From NCBI GenBank assembly GCA_964520685.1, contig CAZFOG010000004.1, positions 1 to 54,207 of the forward strand: a stretch of 54,207 bases of DNA, written 5' to 3'. Of this stretch, positions 45,399 to 54,207 are shown piece after piece. How positions within the stretch are numbered: the first letter of the stretch is position 1; the number at the start of each line of letters is the position of its first letter. This DNA is from an uncultured Nitrospiraceae bacterium. Lineage in GTDB: Bacteria > Hydrogenedentota > Hydrogenedentia > Hydrogenedentales > SLHB01. The notes beneath the pieces were generated by a model, which was given only the letters and a program-made list of their open reading frames with translations, was not told where the DNA came from and made no database searches. The position numbers and the translations under genes were made by a program.

Positions 45399-46394
45399 TC
45401 AGCGGACGAACCACGAATTCGCCCGATACCAGGCGATGGTTCGGCGCAAGGCGTCGGAGAGCGGTATTTGGACGGTGAGGCCCAGGGTTTCGGCGCGCGA
45501 GGCGTCGGGCCACGCCTCGAGAGGGTCGTTCGGCCGTTTGGGGAGGGCGCCAACCGCGAGCAGTTCGGCGGCATCGAGGGTATCGGCGAGCATTCGCGCG
45601 ACCTCGAGAATCGCCGCGGGCGGGTACGCGGGCGCGTTGAGCAGTGGGGGAAACGACGGGTCACTCGCCACCCGCATGGCAGCCTCGACGATCAGTCTCG
45701 CGGCGTCCTCCACATACAGAAACGCACGGCGCTGCTCGCCCGTGGTCATGGGAATGGCCCCCCTTTTCAAGGCTCTCGTGATCAGCTCCGGCACGAAGAG
45801 GACCGGGGGTTGTCCGGGGCCGAAAACGATGGGCAGGCGCAAGACGCATGCCCGAAGCTCGCCGCGATGCACGGCGCTGAGGACGGCCTCTGTCGCCGCC
45901 AGTTTGCCCGCGCCGTACGCGTTCCCCGGTTCGCAGACTCGGTCCTCGGTCCAGGGCATGGGCGCCGTTCCGTATTCCATCTGCGAGCCGGGCATGACGA
46001 GGATGGGCCGGTCGCTCTCGGGAAGGCCGATGAGGGTGGCAACCAGCGAACCCGTGAGAGCGGCGTTGCCATCGAAGACCCGCGTCCAATCTGACGAATC
46101 GCCGCTCCGCTCGATGGACCCGGCGCAGTGGATGACCACATCGGGCTTGACCGTCTGTACAAGTTGTCCCGCCGCCTGCGGGTCCCGGAGGTCGACGGCG
46201 AAGACTTCGGCCGCAGGACTCCCGAGCGATTCACGTACGCGCTCGGCCCGGTCGGATTGGGCGACGACATCCGCGCCCACGACCCGGGCGCCCATCCGGT
46301 GGGCTGCCAGGGAGGCGTGAATGCCAATGAAGCCCTGGCACCCTGTGACGAGGGCCGTGCGCTCGCTCATGGGGAAAAGTGACTCGTGCAACAT
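45399..46394 (-). CDS. NAD-dependent epimerase/dehydratase-family protein (putative CDP-4-keto-6-deoxyhexose reductase/epimerase)
   Basis: Rossmann N-terminus ALVTGCQGFIGIH (start either 46394 or the ATG at 46370). YGAGK catalytic Y-x3-K. Lies directly downstream of rfbG. Confidence 0.7.
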   Translation of the reverse strand: MLHESLFPMSERTALVTGCQGFIGIHASLAAHRMGARVVGADVVAQSDRAERVRESLGSPAAEVFAVDLRDPQAAGQLVQTVKPDVVIHCAGSIERSGDSSDWTRVFDGNAALTGSLVATLIGLPESDRPILVMPGSQMEYGTAPMPWTEDRVCEPGNAYGAGKLAATEAVLSAVHRGELRACVLRLPIVFGPGQPPVLFVPELITRALKRGAIPMTTGEQRRAFLYVEDAARLIVEAAMRVASDPSFPPLLNAPAYPPAAILEVARMLADTLDAAELLAVGALPKRPNDPLEAWPDASRAETLGLTVQIPLSDALRRTIAWYRANSWFVR

Positions 46395-46406
46395 GCGGTG
46401 CCCTGT

Positions 46407-47540
46407 CTACCGGGAATCGGCCCAGGGTAAACCCTTGGCCAACGCATCCTGTGCGTATCCGGTAATCTGGTCGCGCGTCGTGTCGCGCATCTTTGCCGTG
46501 TCGAACCCGGATTCGTGGGCCCGCTTGTACCAATAGACCGTTTGCTGGATGGTCGTCTGGAAGTCCCAGACCGGCTGCCATCCGAGAAAGTGCCAGGCCT
46601 TGTCGATGGCGAGCTTGAGAAACCGTGCCTCGTGGACCGCCTCCGAATCCGGTGTGTGGGTCCATGCGCCGGTACCCCAGGCGGCTACGACGGCGTCGCA
46701 CAATTCGGCCACAGTGCGTTCCGACTCGCGGCCGGGCCCGAAATTCCAGGCGGTGCTGTATTCGAGTGATGCGTCGTCCGTCATGAGCGCGGCGCCAACC
46801 TGGAGATAGCCGGACAACGGTTCCAGGACGTGCTGCCAGGGGCGTACGGAGAGGGGATTGCGCACCGGGATCGCCTGGCCGTTCATCAGGGCCTCCATGG
46901 CATCGGCCATGATGCGGTCGGCAGACCAGTCGCCACCGCCGATGACGTTTCCCGCGCGGCAACTCGCCACCCGCACGGCGGGCGCATCCGCAGTGCGGGT
47001 ATGGAAGGAGCGGCGCCAGGAAGCCACAAGGAGTTCGGCCATGCCTTTGCTCGCGCTGTACACGTCGTGCCCGCCCATGGGTTCGTCTTCACGGTAGGCG
47101 GTGTAGGTCTCACGGTTCTCGTAGCACTTGTCCGAGGTGATGACTACGACGCCGCACGGGCGCTCGGGGCCGTAGCCGGCACGATCGACGGCATGAAGCA
47201 CATGGGCCGTGCCCATGACATTCGTCGCCAGCGTCTCGATGGGGATCTCGTACGACAACCGCACGAGCGGCTGGGCGGCCAGGTGAAACACGAGGTCCGG
47301 GCGGATGGATGCCACCTGCTCTGCAAGCGGCCCGGGGTCACGGATGTCCAGAATACGATGGTTCAGGCGCTCTTCGAGGCCAAGTATGTTGAACAAGGCG
47401 GGTTTGGTGTTCGGTTCGAGGGCGATGCCGTAGACTTCGGCGCCGAGCAAATCGAGCCAGCTCGCCAGCCAGGAACCTTTGAACCCCGTATGCCCGGTGA
47501 TGAGCACTTTCTGGCCGCGGTAGTAATCGCCAAAGGGCAT
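46407..47540 (-). CDS. rfbG: CDP-glucose 4,6-dehydratase
   Basis: ATG at 47540 follows GAGGAG (7-nt spacer). YYRGQKVLITGHTGFKGSWLASWLDLLGAEVYGIAL...LVFHLAAQPLVRLSY...TNVMGT matches the RfbG pattern closely. Confidence 0.85.
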   Translation of the reverse strand: MPFGDYYRGQKVLITGHTGFKGSWLASWLDLLGAEVYGIALEPNTKPALFNILGLEERLNHRILDIRDPGPLAEQVASIRPDLVFHLAAQPLVRLSYEIPIETLATNVMGTAHVLHAVDRAGYGPERPCGVVVITSDKCYENRETYTAYREDEPMGGHDVYSASKGMAELLVASWRRSFHTRTADAPAVRVASCRAGNVIGGGDWSADRIMADAMEALMNGQAIPVRNPLSVRPWQHVLEPLSGYLQVGAALMTDDASLEYSTAWNFGPGRESERTVAELCDAVVAAWGTGAWTHTPDSEAVHEARFLKLAIDKAWHFLGWQPVWDFQTTIQQTVYWYKRAHESGFDTAKMRDTTRDQITGYAQDALAKGLPWADSR

Positions 47541-47575
47541 GGACCGTCTCCTCATTGTGCCGTGACGGCGGGTGT

Positions 47576-48355
47576 TCACGTCTTCTTCAACCAGGGCGCC
47601 TCGCCGCGATGCCACATGTCATTGAGTAGCGTGTACTCGCGGAACGTGTCCATGGGCATCCAGAATCCGTCGTGGCAGTACGTCATCATTTGTCCATCGC
47701 GCGCAAGGCGTTGAAGGGGTTCGCGCTCGAAGGTGCAGGATTCGTCATCGGCAACATAGTCAAACACGCCGGGTTCGCACACGAAAAAGCCGCCGTTAAT
47801 ATAGCCGCCTGCCGTCTGGGGTTTTTCCTGAAACGAGGTGACCTGGTTGTCCTTGACCACCAGTTCACCGAATCGTGCGGGCGGCCGGACCGAGGTGATG
47901 GTGACGAGCTTGCCGTGGGAGCGGTGAAATTCAACCAGCTCGGAGACATTCACGTCGCCGACGCCATCGCCGTAGGTGAGCATGAAGGGATTGTTACCGA
48001 CGTATTTCTGAATGCGTTTGATGCGGCATCCGGTCATCGCTTCGAGACCGGTTTCAGCTAATGTGACCCGCCAGGGGGGCAGGACGCCCGAGTTGTCGTA
48101 GCTAACCGCCCCGTTGTTCGCCATATCGATGGTGATGTCCGCCGTTTCCGCCCGGAAATTGAGGAAATATTCCTTGAGCTTCCAGCCCTTGTAGCCGAGA
48201 CAGAGGATGAATTCCCGATACCCATGGAGGCCGTACGTATCCATGATATGTTTGACGATGGGGAACTCGCCGATGGGGATCATCGGCTTGGGAATATCGC
48301 CCGACACGTCGCGGATGCGCGTGCCCTTTCCACCGCACAGAATAACGGTCTTCAC
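47576..48355 (-). CDS. rfbF: Glucose-1-phosphate cytidylyltransferase
   Basis: The internal GTG at 48355 gives (M)KTVILCGGKGTRIRDVSGDIPKPMIPIGEFPIVKHIMDTYGLHGYREFILCLGYKGWKLKEYF. C-terminus GFWMPMDTFREYTLLNDMWHRGEAPW. The resulting length of about 259 aa fits RfbF. The track ORF adds about 33 spurious N-terminal codons. Confidence 0.85.
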   Translation of the reverse strand: MKTVILCGGKGTRIRDVSGDIPKPMIPIGEFPIVKHIMDTYGLHGYREFILCLGYKGWKLKEYFLNFRAETADITIDMANNGAVSYDNSGVLPPWRVTLAETGLEAMTGCRIKRIQKYVGNNPFMLTYGDGVGDVNVSELVEFHRSHGKLVTITSVRPPARFGELVVKDNQVTSFQEKPQTAGGYINGGFFVCEPGVFDYVADDESCTFEREPLQRLARDGQMMTYCHDGFWMPMDTFREYTLLNDMWHRGEAPWLKKT

Positions 48356-48485
48356 GTCTACCCCCTGGTCCGGATGAGGCGCCGGGTAGTAAGATTCCCG
48401 TCCGGTCCCGGCACACTGACGACGGATGACACTGCCTCTGTCGCGCGTGGCCACTGGCCGCCGGGCTGTTCTCCCGCCGCGTAAG

Positions 48486-48514
48486 TTGCGATTGTCTCGT
48501 GGGTTCCATAGTAT
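48486..48514 (+). promoter_or_regulatory. Candidate sigma70-type promoter for the GT4 gene
   Basis: TTGCGA (48486-48491), 17-nt spacer, TAGTAT (48509-48514), in the divergent rfbF/GT4 intergenic region. Confidence 0.35.
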
Positions 48515-48583
48515 ACGGCGGTTTCTGTGCTTTCAAGGATGCTCCCTCCGTCTCGAGCGGGAACTTCGGATACGGACAGGCAG

Positions 48584-49744
48584 ATGGAAACGTCGAAGGT
48601 CAAAGCACTCTATCCGGTTTTTTGTCTGAACAAAGGCGCCACCCACGCCTGCTATGCCCTGTTGAAGGCCATGCAAAGCGAGGCATTCCCCGTCGAGTAC
48701 TGGTCTTCTCAGTTCGCGGCAAACCTCAACGACGGTTTTCTGCGTCCGGGGCTCTCACGGACCCTGTTCCGGTCGCTGTGCGCGTTAAGTCTTTACGATA
48801 GGCCGTCTGTGGCCGCATGGAGCAGGCGGCATCTCGAAAAACGCTACCTCAAAGGTCTTCGCGAGACCGATATTGCCTATCTATGGCCGGCGGTTTCGGT
48901 GGAACTCTACCGCGCAATCAAGGCGCGCGGCATAACCGTTGTGGCCGAGCGGATCAACTGCCACCGCAAAACGTCTGTTCGTGTCTTGCGCGAGGCCTAC
49001 GCGAAGCTTGGTTTGACGCCCGAGCGCGAGATTCCGGAGCGCGATGTGGCCATCGAAACGGAGAAGATGGCCCTGTCCGATTTTATCTTCGCGCCCAGCG
49101 GCAACGTGGCGGCATCCTTGCTGGATGCGGGCGTGCCGGAACACAAGGTGCTGCGGGCGAGCTACGGGTGGGAGCCCCAGCGGTTCCGGTTTGCAGACAG
49201 GGCGCCTTCAGACCCCGAGCGCCCAACATTTCTATTTGTTGGCCGCGGGTGCGTGCGGAAAGGCGTTCCCTGGCTGTTGGAGATGTGGGAGCGAGCGGGG
49301 ATCAAGGGCCGCCTCCTGCTTTTTCTTCTGGGCTCGATGGAGCGCTCGGTGGCCGAGCGCTACGCACCCATCCTCGAGCGGGAGGATGTGATTATTCCCG
49401 CCGATACAAGCAATATCAACGAAGCTTACCGCCAGGCCGACGTGTTTATATTCCCGACCCACGAGGAAGGGAGCCCGTTGGTGAGCTACGAGGCTCTCGG
49501 GTGGTCGCTCCCGTGCCTGGTGAGCCCCATGGGCGGCGGCGAGATTGTCCGGGATGGCGTCGAGGGGTTTGTTATGAACCCCTATGACGTGGAGCTCTGG
49601 GCGGAGCGCATCCGAAGCTTGGCACACGATCGGGCGTTGCGCGAGAACATGGCCTCGGCGGCCGGGAAACGGGCCGAGGCGTTTACTTGGGACCGCGCGG
49701 GTGAACATCGCCGTAAGCTGTTCCTGTCAAAGGTCTTTAAGTAG
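48584..49744 (+). CDS. Glycosyltransferase family 4 (GT-B fold)
   Basis: C-terminal GT4 E-x7-E region FIFPTHEEGSPLVSYEALGWSLPCLVS. ATG at 48584 (METSKVKALYPVF) is chosen over the upstream GTG at 48527; the start is uncertain. Confidence 0.75.
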   Translation: METSKVKALYPVFCLNKGATHACYALLKAMQSEAFPVEYWSSQFAANLNDGFLRPGLSRTLFRSLCALSLYDRPSVAAWSRRHLEKRYLKGLRETDIAYLWPAVSVELYRAIKARGITVVAERINCHRKTSVRVLREAYAKLGLTPEREIPERDVAIETEKMALSDFIFAPSGNVAASLLDAGVPEHKVLRASYGWEPQRFRFADRAPSDPERPTFLFVGRGCVRKGVPWLLEMWERAGIKGRLLLFLLGSMERSVAERYAPILEREDVIIPADTSNINEAYRQADVFIFPTHEEGSPLVSYEALGWSLPCLVSPMGGGEIVRDGVEGFVMNPYDVELWAERIRSLAHDRALRENMASAAGKRAEAFTWDRAGEHRRKLFLSKVFK

Positions 49745-49796
49745 CCGTTTCCCAACAACTTATCCCCATTTCCCCACTGCACGGCGGGCTTCAAGG

Positions 49797-49825
49797 TTGA
49801 CAGTAGGCATATTCGTTCCTACAAT
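49797..49825 (+). promoter_or_regulatory. Near-consensus sigma70-type promoter upstream of smg-topA
   Basis: TTGACA (49797-49802), 17-nt spacer, TACAAT (49820-49825). Located 48 nt upstream of the smg ATG in an AT-richer intergenic stretch. Confidence 0.5.
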
Positions 49826-49872
49826 ATGGGCATCAAACCAGGGCGTCCGGGTCGGGGCGTCAGGAGCCGTGA

Positions 49873-50334
49873 ATGAAAGAATCCCTAATTGAGCTTGTCG
49901 ACGTAATCCTCAAGCACATTCAAGAACAGCCGGAGCGGGCCAAGTCGGAGTCGGGTCTTCGTAAGTGGCTAGTCGGACAAGGATATAAGAAGCGCGATAT
50001 CGATGCTGCCATGAAGCTGGTAGGGGCACGGATTGTCCCCTACAATATCGTGGTCCAGCAGTCGCAACGGGCACCCGTCCGGGCGTTGGCGGAGATTGAA
50101 TTTCACAAGATGACGGCCGACACACGGGATGCTCTCTGCCGGCTTGAGCATTACGGGCTGATCTCCCCCCAGGAGCGCGAGGCCATCCTGGAGAACATCG
50201 TGCAGTTCGACGGCCGTGTCGGCTTGGACGAATTGGACTATCTGTTGTCCTGGATTGTGTGCGGCGGGCGGGATTTCGAATCCCAGCAGACGATCTACAG
50301 CGTCATGGAAGGCCAGACGGAAACCTTCCATTGA
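49873..50334 (+). CDS. smg: Smg-like protein (DUF494)
   Basis: About 150 aa, acidic and helical. Its layout resembles Smg (N-terminal L..L.D.L, central GY...DI..A, C-terminal LE......RE.ILE.I......V.LDEL). It sits directly upstream of topA. AGGAG lies 6 nt upstream of the ATG. Family call from memory only. Confidence 0.5.
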   Translation: MKESLIELVDVILKHIQEQPERAKSESGLRKWLVGQGYKKRDIDAAMKLVGARIVPYNIVVQQSQRAPVRALAEIEFHKMTADTRDALCRLEHYGLISPQEREAILENIVQFDGRVGLDELDYLLSWIVCGGRDFESQQTIYSVMEGQTETFH

Positions 50335-50360
50335 CAGGTTGGTGATAGGGTTTACATGAC

Positions 50361-50396
50361 GCCCTTCCCGGTGGCGGGAAGTGGCGTTGTTGTTTG
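50361..50396 (+). terminator. GC-rich hairpin plus T-rich tail between smg and topA (possible partial terminator/attenuator)
   Basis: GCC-CTTCCCG (50361-50370), loop GTGG, CGGGAAG-t-GGC (50375-50385), followed by GTTGTTGTTTG. That is a 10-bp stem with one bulge. The tail is only moderately U-rich. Confidence 0.3.
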
Positions 50397-50410
50397 ATCA
50401 GGAGCACTGC

Positions 50411-52696
50411 ATGGCAAAGTATCTGGTGGTTGTGGAATCGCCCGCCAAGGCCCGGACGATCAACAAGTTTCTGGGCCCAAGCTATATCGTGAAGGCCAGT
50501 TACGGGCACGTGCGCGATTTACCCAGAAGCAGCCTTGGGGTTGACGTGGCCCGGAATTTCGAGCCCAAGTATGTTCAGTTGCAGGAGTCGCGCAAAGCGG
50601 TAAAAGACCTCCAGAATGCCGCAACCAAGGTGGACCGTATTCTGCTGGCTACAGACCCCGATCGTGAGGGGGAGGCCATCGGCTGGCATGTGGCCGCCCT
50701 GCTGGCGAAGACCGAAAAGCCCACCGACCGGGTGGTCTTCAACGAAATCACGAAACGAAGCGTTCGCGAAGCTGCCAAACACCCGCGCCCCATTGACGAA
50801 AACCTCGTCGACGCCCAACAGGCCCGCCGGATTCTGGACCGGTTGGTGGGCTACATGATCAGCCCGCTACTCCAATTTGGCATGCAACGCGGTCTCAGCG
50901 CCGGGCGTGTGCAGTCGGTTGCCGTGCGGATTGTCTGCGAACGGGAAGAGGCGATACGAAATTTCGTGTCGCGCGAGTACTGGACCCTCGACGGCGTCTT
51001 CCTGACACCCCGCAACGAGGGGTTTACGGCCCGGCTGAGCAAAATTCGGGGTGAGAAAGCCGAACTCGAGAAGGAAGAGCAGGTACAGGCGGTTCTGCAA
51101 AACCTGGACGGCGCTGAATTTCGTGTTGCGAGCGTCGAGCGGAAGGAAGTCAAGCGCCGGCCGTATCCGCCATTCATCACCAGCTCCTTGCAGCAGGAGG
51201 CGTCGCGCAAACTGGGATTCGCCCCCCGCAAGACCATGGTGATTGCGCAACAGTTATACGAGGGCATCGCTATCGGCGAAGAGGGGCGCGTAGGCCTGAT
51301 CACCTATATGCGAACCGATTCGACCCGGCTTGCGCAGGAAGCCATTCAGGACGTGCGGCAGTACATCGGCGCCAACTTCGAACGGGCCATGCTGCCCGAG
51401 CAGCCCAATGTCTACCGCAGCAAGAAAGGCGCCCAGGATGCCCACGAGGCCATCCGGCCTACCCTGACCGGGCATACGCCCGAGGCCATGGCCAGGTATC
51501 TGGACGCGGACCAGCTCAAGTTGTACACCCTGATCTGGAAACGGTTCGTGGCGTGCCAGATGATGCCGGCCATTTTCGACCAGACGGCGGTCGACGTGGA
51601 AGCGCGGGAACACATCTTCCGGGCTACGGGGTCCGTTGTGAAGTTCAAGGGATTCCTCGTGATGTACGAGGAAACCCAGGAGGATCCCAGCGACGACGAG
51701 GAATCCGGTGGTTTGCTGCCCGAAGTGAAAGAAGGTGAAGCAGCCCGCTTGCAGGAATACAAGCCGGAACAGCATTTCACTCAGCCGCCGCCGCGGTTCA
51801 CCGAGGCCTCGCTCATTCGCGCCCTCGAGGAGAACGGAATCGGGCGGCCCAGCACGTACGCGCAGATCATGAACACTATCGTCGAGCGCGGGTACGTTGT
51901 GCGCGAAAAACGGCGGCTGGCGCCCACTCCGCTGGGCGAAGAGGTCAACAGGGTCCTTGTCGCCAATTTCCCGGATATTCTAAATATCAACTTCACGGCC
52001 GAACTCGAGAATGAGCTGGACGAAGTGGAGGAGGGGCAGCGGGAATGGCACGACCTGCTCCGGACGTTCTACGCGCAATTCGAGAAGGATTTGCGGGCGG
52101 CCCAGCACAAAATCGTCACGGAAACCGTGGGCGAGGATGTGAAGTGCCCGGAGTGCGGGGGCGAACTCGAGTTTATGAGCGGCCGTTTTGGGCCGTATCT
52201 GCGTTGTGTCAGGCATCCCGATTGCGAAGGGCGCGTTAACGTCAAGCGCAAGAAGGAGGAAGAGCCCTCGGGGGTGAACTGTCCCGAGTGCGGCGCACCC
52301 ATGGTGTACCGGCGAAGCCGCTACGGAAAATTTCTTGGGTGTTCGCGGTATCCCGAGTGCAAGTACACGCTCAAAAAGGACGGCAAGGAGAAGAAGCAGG
52401 CCGAGCCTGTCGGGCTGAAGTGTCCCCAGGACGGTTGCGAAGGCGAGCTCGTGTGGCGCGCCGGCCGGGGAAAACGGTTTATCGGCTGCTCGCGCTACCC
52501 GAAGTGCCGGTTCAACGCGTTCGGAGACCAGGACCTCGAGACACAGTGCCCGAAATGCGGCCACCCGTGGACCATGCTGTCGACACGGGGCAAGCAGGCG
52601 ACCCGGCGATGCGTGGCTTGCGGCTATGAGCACAAAGAGGCGGCCGGTGAGCAGAAGGAATCCGAGCCGCATGTGACGGAGCAATCGGAGGTCTAG
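50411..52696 (+). CDS. topA: DNA topoisomerase I with four C-terminal C4 zinc ribbons
   Basis: ATG at 50411 follows AGGAG. TOPRIM N-terminus MAKYLVVVESPAKARTINKFLG and ATDPDREGEAI. Active-site region ITYMRTDS. Four CxxC...CxxC ribbons, e.g. CPECGGELEF...CVRHPDC and CPECGAPMVY...CSRYPEC. Confidence 0.95.
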   Translation: MAKYLVVVESPAKARTINKFLGPSYIVKASYGHVRDLPRSSLGVDVARNFEPKYVQLQESRKAVKDLQNAATKVDRILLATDPDREGEAIGWHVAALLAKTEKPTDRVVFNEITKRSVREAAKHPRPIDENLVDAQQARRILDRLVGYMISPLLQFGMQRGLSAGRVQSVAVRIVCEREEAIRNFVSREYWTLDGVFLTPRNEGFTARLSKIRGEKAELEKEEQVQAVLQNLDGAEFRVASVERKEVKRRPYPPFITSSLQQEASRKLGFAPRKTMVIAQQLYEGIAIGEEGRVGLITYMRTDSTRLAQEAIQDVRQYIGANFERAMLPEQPNVYRSKKGAQDAHEAIRPTLTGHTPEAMARYLDADQLKLYTLIWKRFVACQMMPAIFDQTAVDVEAREHIFRATGSVVKFKGFLVMYEETQEDPSDDEESGGLLPEVKEGEAARLQEYKPEQHFTQPPPRFTEASLIRALEENGIGRPSTYAQIMNTIVERGYVVREKRRLAPTPLGEEVNRVLVANFPDILNINFTAELENELDEVEEGQREWHDLLRTFYAQFEKDLRAAQHKIVTETVGEDVKCPECGGELEFMSGRFGPYLRCVRHPDCEGRVNVKRKKEEEPSGVNCPECGAPMVYRRSRYGKFLGCSRYPECKYTLKKDGKEKKQAEPVGLKCPQDGCEGELVWRAGRGKRFIGCSRYPKCRFNAFGDQDLETQCPKCGHPWTMLSTRGKQATRRCVACGYEHKEAAGEQKESEPHVTEQSEV

Positions 52697-52723
52697 CTCA
52701 CGCTGCCGGAAGGGGACGGTGGG

Positions 52724-53656
52724 ATGACGGAGCCGGAAATCCAGCGGTTTTCGGACTACCTCGCGGCCGAGCGGGGGTTCTCCAATCACACCCAGCGCGC
52801 CTATCTCAATGACATTGCGCAGTTCTGCGGATACATCGAACGCGGTCCGGCCGCTTTTTCGGTTGACAGCGAAGACGAGTACCCGGAACCCCGGTTCGAC
52901 GCGCTCCGCCGCGCCACCCGCAACGATATTCGCGCGTTTCTGGGGCATCTGCGCACCCTTGGTTCCTCGCCCCGAACCACGGCCCGAAAACTGTCCGCCC
53001 TCCGGGCGATCTACAAGTTTTTTGTGCGCGTAGGCACCCTCGACGAGAATCCGGCCCAGTCGGTGCGCTCGCCCAAACTTCCGCGCGATCTGCCCGATGT
53101 GCTCAGCATTCCCGAGGTTACGGCGTTGATGGAAGCCCCGGACACCGCCACCCCTCTGGGGAAACGCGATCGCGCCATCCTCGAAACGCTCTACTCGAGC
53201 GGGGTGCGGTGCGCCGAGCTGGCGGGTTTGACGCTGAACGCCGTCGATCTCATCGGCGGCACGATGGTGGTATTGGGCAAACGCAAAAAAGAACGCATGG
53301 CCCATCTGGGGACATGCGCCCTCGAAGCCTTGCAGGCCTATCTTGCTGTGAGGGGGGCCCTGGGTCATCCCGGCCATGCCCGCTTGTTTGTCAATGCGCG
53401 TGGCGGCCCGCTTACGACGCGCAGCGTGCAGCGGATCGTCGAGAAATACGTGCGGGCCGTGCTGCCGGGCAGGCGCAATGTCTCGCCCCATACCTTGCGT
53501 CACACCTTTGCCACGCATATGCTGGATGGCGGGGCCGACCTGCGCGTGGTCCAGGAGATGCTCGGGCACGAGAGTTTGTCGAGTACGCAAATCTACACCC
53601 ACGTGAGCGTCGACCGCCTGAAGGAAGTGTACCGCCAGGCGCATCCGCACGCATAA
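52724..53656 (+). CDS. xerC: Tyrosine recombinase XerC/XerD family
   Basis: N-terminal SAM-like domain [23 protein letters not shown]. Catalytic RHRY context: ...[11 protein letters not shown]..., [39 protein letters not shown]. The topA-xerC-hslV order is a known housekeeping arrangement. Confidence 0.9.
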   Translation: MTEPEIQRFSDYLAAERGFSNHTQRAYLNDIAQFCGYIERGPAAFSVDSEDEYPEPRFDALRRATRNDIRAFLGHLRTLGSSPRTTARKLSALRAIYKFFVRVGTLDENPAQSVRSPKLPRDLPDVLSIPEVTALMEAPDTATPLGKRDRAILETLYSSGVRCAELAGLTLNAVDLIGGTMVVLGKRKKERMAHLGTCALEALQAYLAVRGALGHPGHARLFVNARGGPLTTRSVQRIVEKYVRAVLPGRRNVSPHTLRHTFATHMLDGGADLRVVQEMLGHESLSSTQIYTHVSVDRLKEVYRQAHPHA

Positions 53657-53684
53657 GAGATGCAGACTGGCAATGGAGGATACG

Positions 53685-54207
53685 ATGGACCCGTTTCACG
53701 CAACAACGGTGTGCGCCGTTCGCAAGGGCGATACCGTCGCTCTGGGCGCCGACGGACAAGTGACCCTCGGCAACACCATCATGAAGGCCAGCGCGTCCAA
53801 GATCCGGCGCCTGGCCGATGGGCGTGTCCTGGCCGGCTTCGCGGGGTCGGTGTCTGACGCCATATCCCTCTTCGAGCGGTTCGAGGGAAAACTCAGTCAA
53901 TACGGCAGCAACCTCGCCCGCGCCGCCGTCGAGCTCGGAAAGGAATGGCGCACCGACAAGTACCTCCGCAACCTCGATGCCCTGCTCGCCGTGTGTGACA
54001 AAGAGCAATCGCTGCTGATTGCCGGAAGCGGCGAAGTCATCGAACCCGACGACGGGATTCTCGCCATCGGCTCCGGCGGCGCGTTTGCCCTCGCCGCCGC
54101 ACGGGCCCTGACCCTCCACACGGCCATGACTGCCGAGAACGTCGTCCGAGAGTCCCTCCTCATCGCCGCGGGCATCTGCATCTACACCAACGACCACATC
54201 CGCGTCG
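53685..54207 (+). CDS. hslV: ATP-dependent protease subunit HslV (ClpQ), partial at right edge
   Basis: Not in the ORF track because there is no stop in the window. ATG at 53685 follows GGAGGA; an in-frame ATG at 53673 is also possible. Translation: [65 protein letters not shown]...[13 protein letters not shown]. It has the HslV N-terminal Thr pair and GSGG motif. Confidence 0.9.
   Translation, partial: MDPFHATTVCAVRKGDTVALGADGQVTLGNTIMKASASKIRRLADGRVLAGFAGSVSDAISLFERFEGKLSQYGSNLARAAVELGKEWRTDKYLRNLDALLAVCDKEQSLLIAGSGEVIEPDDGILAIGSGGAFALAAARALTLHTAMTAENVVRESLLIAAGICIYTNDHIRV

Noticed and set aside
50275-50283. TTCGAATCC, a tRNA T-loop-like string
   Set aside because: It lies inside the smg coding frame. 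There are no flanking acceptor, D-arm or anticodon-arm complementarity.
52724-53656. Tyrosine recombinase as a marker of an integrated mobile element
   Set aside because: The conserved housekeeping order topA-xerC-hslV, the XerC/D-type N-terminal domain, and the absence of flanking phage or IS genes, att-like repeats or a tRNA all argue for the chromosomal dimer-resolution recombinase.
8513-54197. Many long opposite-strand ORFs: 8513..9601+, 10836..12017+, 12048..13106+, 16590..17645+, 20038..21219+, 22450..23826+, 23585..25213+, 28640..30094-, 31606..32694+, 36359..37885+, 40861..42861+, 42931..44154-, 45184..46320+, 46830..47714+, 51980..53650-, 53412..54197-
   Set aside because: These are typical high-GC antisense shadow ORFs. 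Their low-complexity R/G/A/P/H-rich translations have no motifs, and each lies fully inside a gene with strong family signatures on the other strand.

Overview
GC-rich, densely coding bacterial chromosomal window with about 40 genes. I found no rRNA, tRNA, CRISPR array, IS element or prophage. Several hallmarks suggest a PVC/Planctomycetota-like organism (inference only): a prepilin-type DUF1559 (H-X9-DG) protein, a DUF1573 protein, several secreted PQQ-like beta-propeller proteins and many glycan-active genes. All product calls come from motifs read by eye in the translations; no database search was run.

Layout, left to right:
(1) An edge-truncated PAS-LOV-PP2C photoreceptor-like gene on the minus strand. 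It is missing from the ORF track because it has no stop codon in the window.
(2) A plus-strand operon: a GH16 of the agarase/porphyranase type plus two PQQ-like propeller proteins.
(3) recQ.
(4) An ~18.5 kb uninterrupted minus-strand train of 14 genes. It holds a giant CarboxypepD_reg-repeat protein, two ABC ATPase/ABC-2 permease pairs, two paralogous membrane-anchored unknowns, two tandem family-5 solute-binding proteins, an OppBCDF-like importer and a class-III aminotransferase.
(5) A GH-like gene plus a DegT aminotransferase.
(6) A minus-strand glycan cluster containing an MttB-family and a URO-D-family methyltransferase pair with no corrinoid protein.
(7) DUF1559, an SDR, ppk1 and DUF1573.
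(8) A CDP-hexose cluster (rfbF, rfbG, a reductase/epimerase, an exported WbsX-like protein) with a divergent GT4.
(9) smg-topA-xerC-hslV, with hslV truncated at the right edge and also absent from the ORF track.

The best candidates for something undescribed are the exporter module with its paralog pair, the orphan MttB/URO-D pair inside a glycan locus, and the LOV-PP2C sensor.
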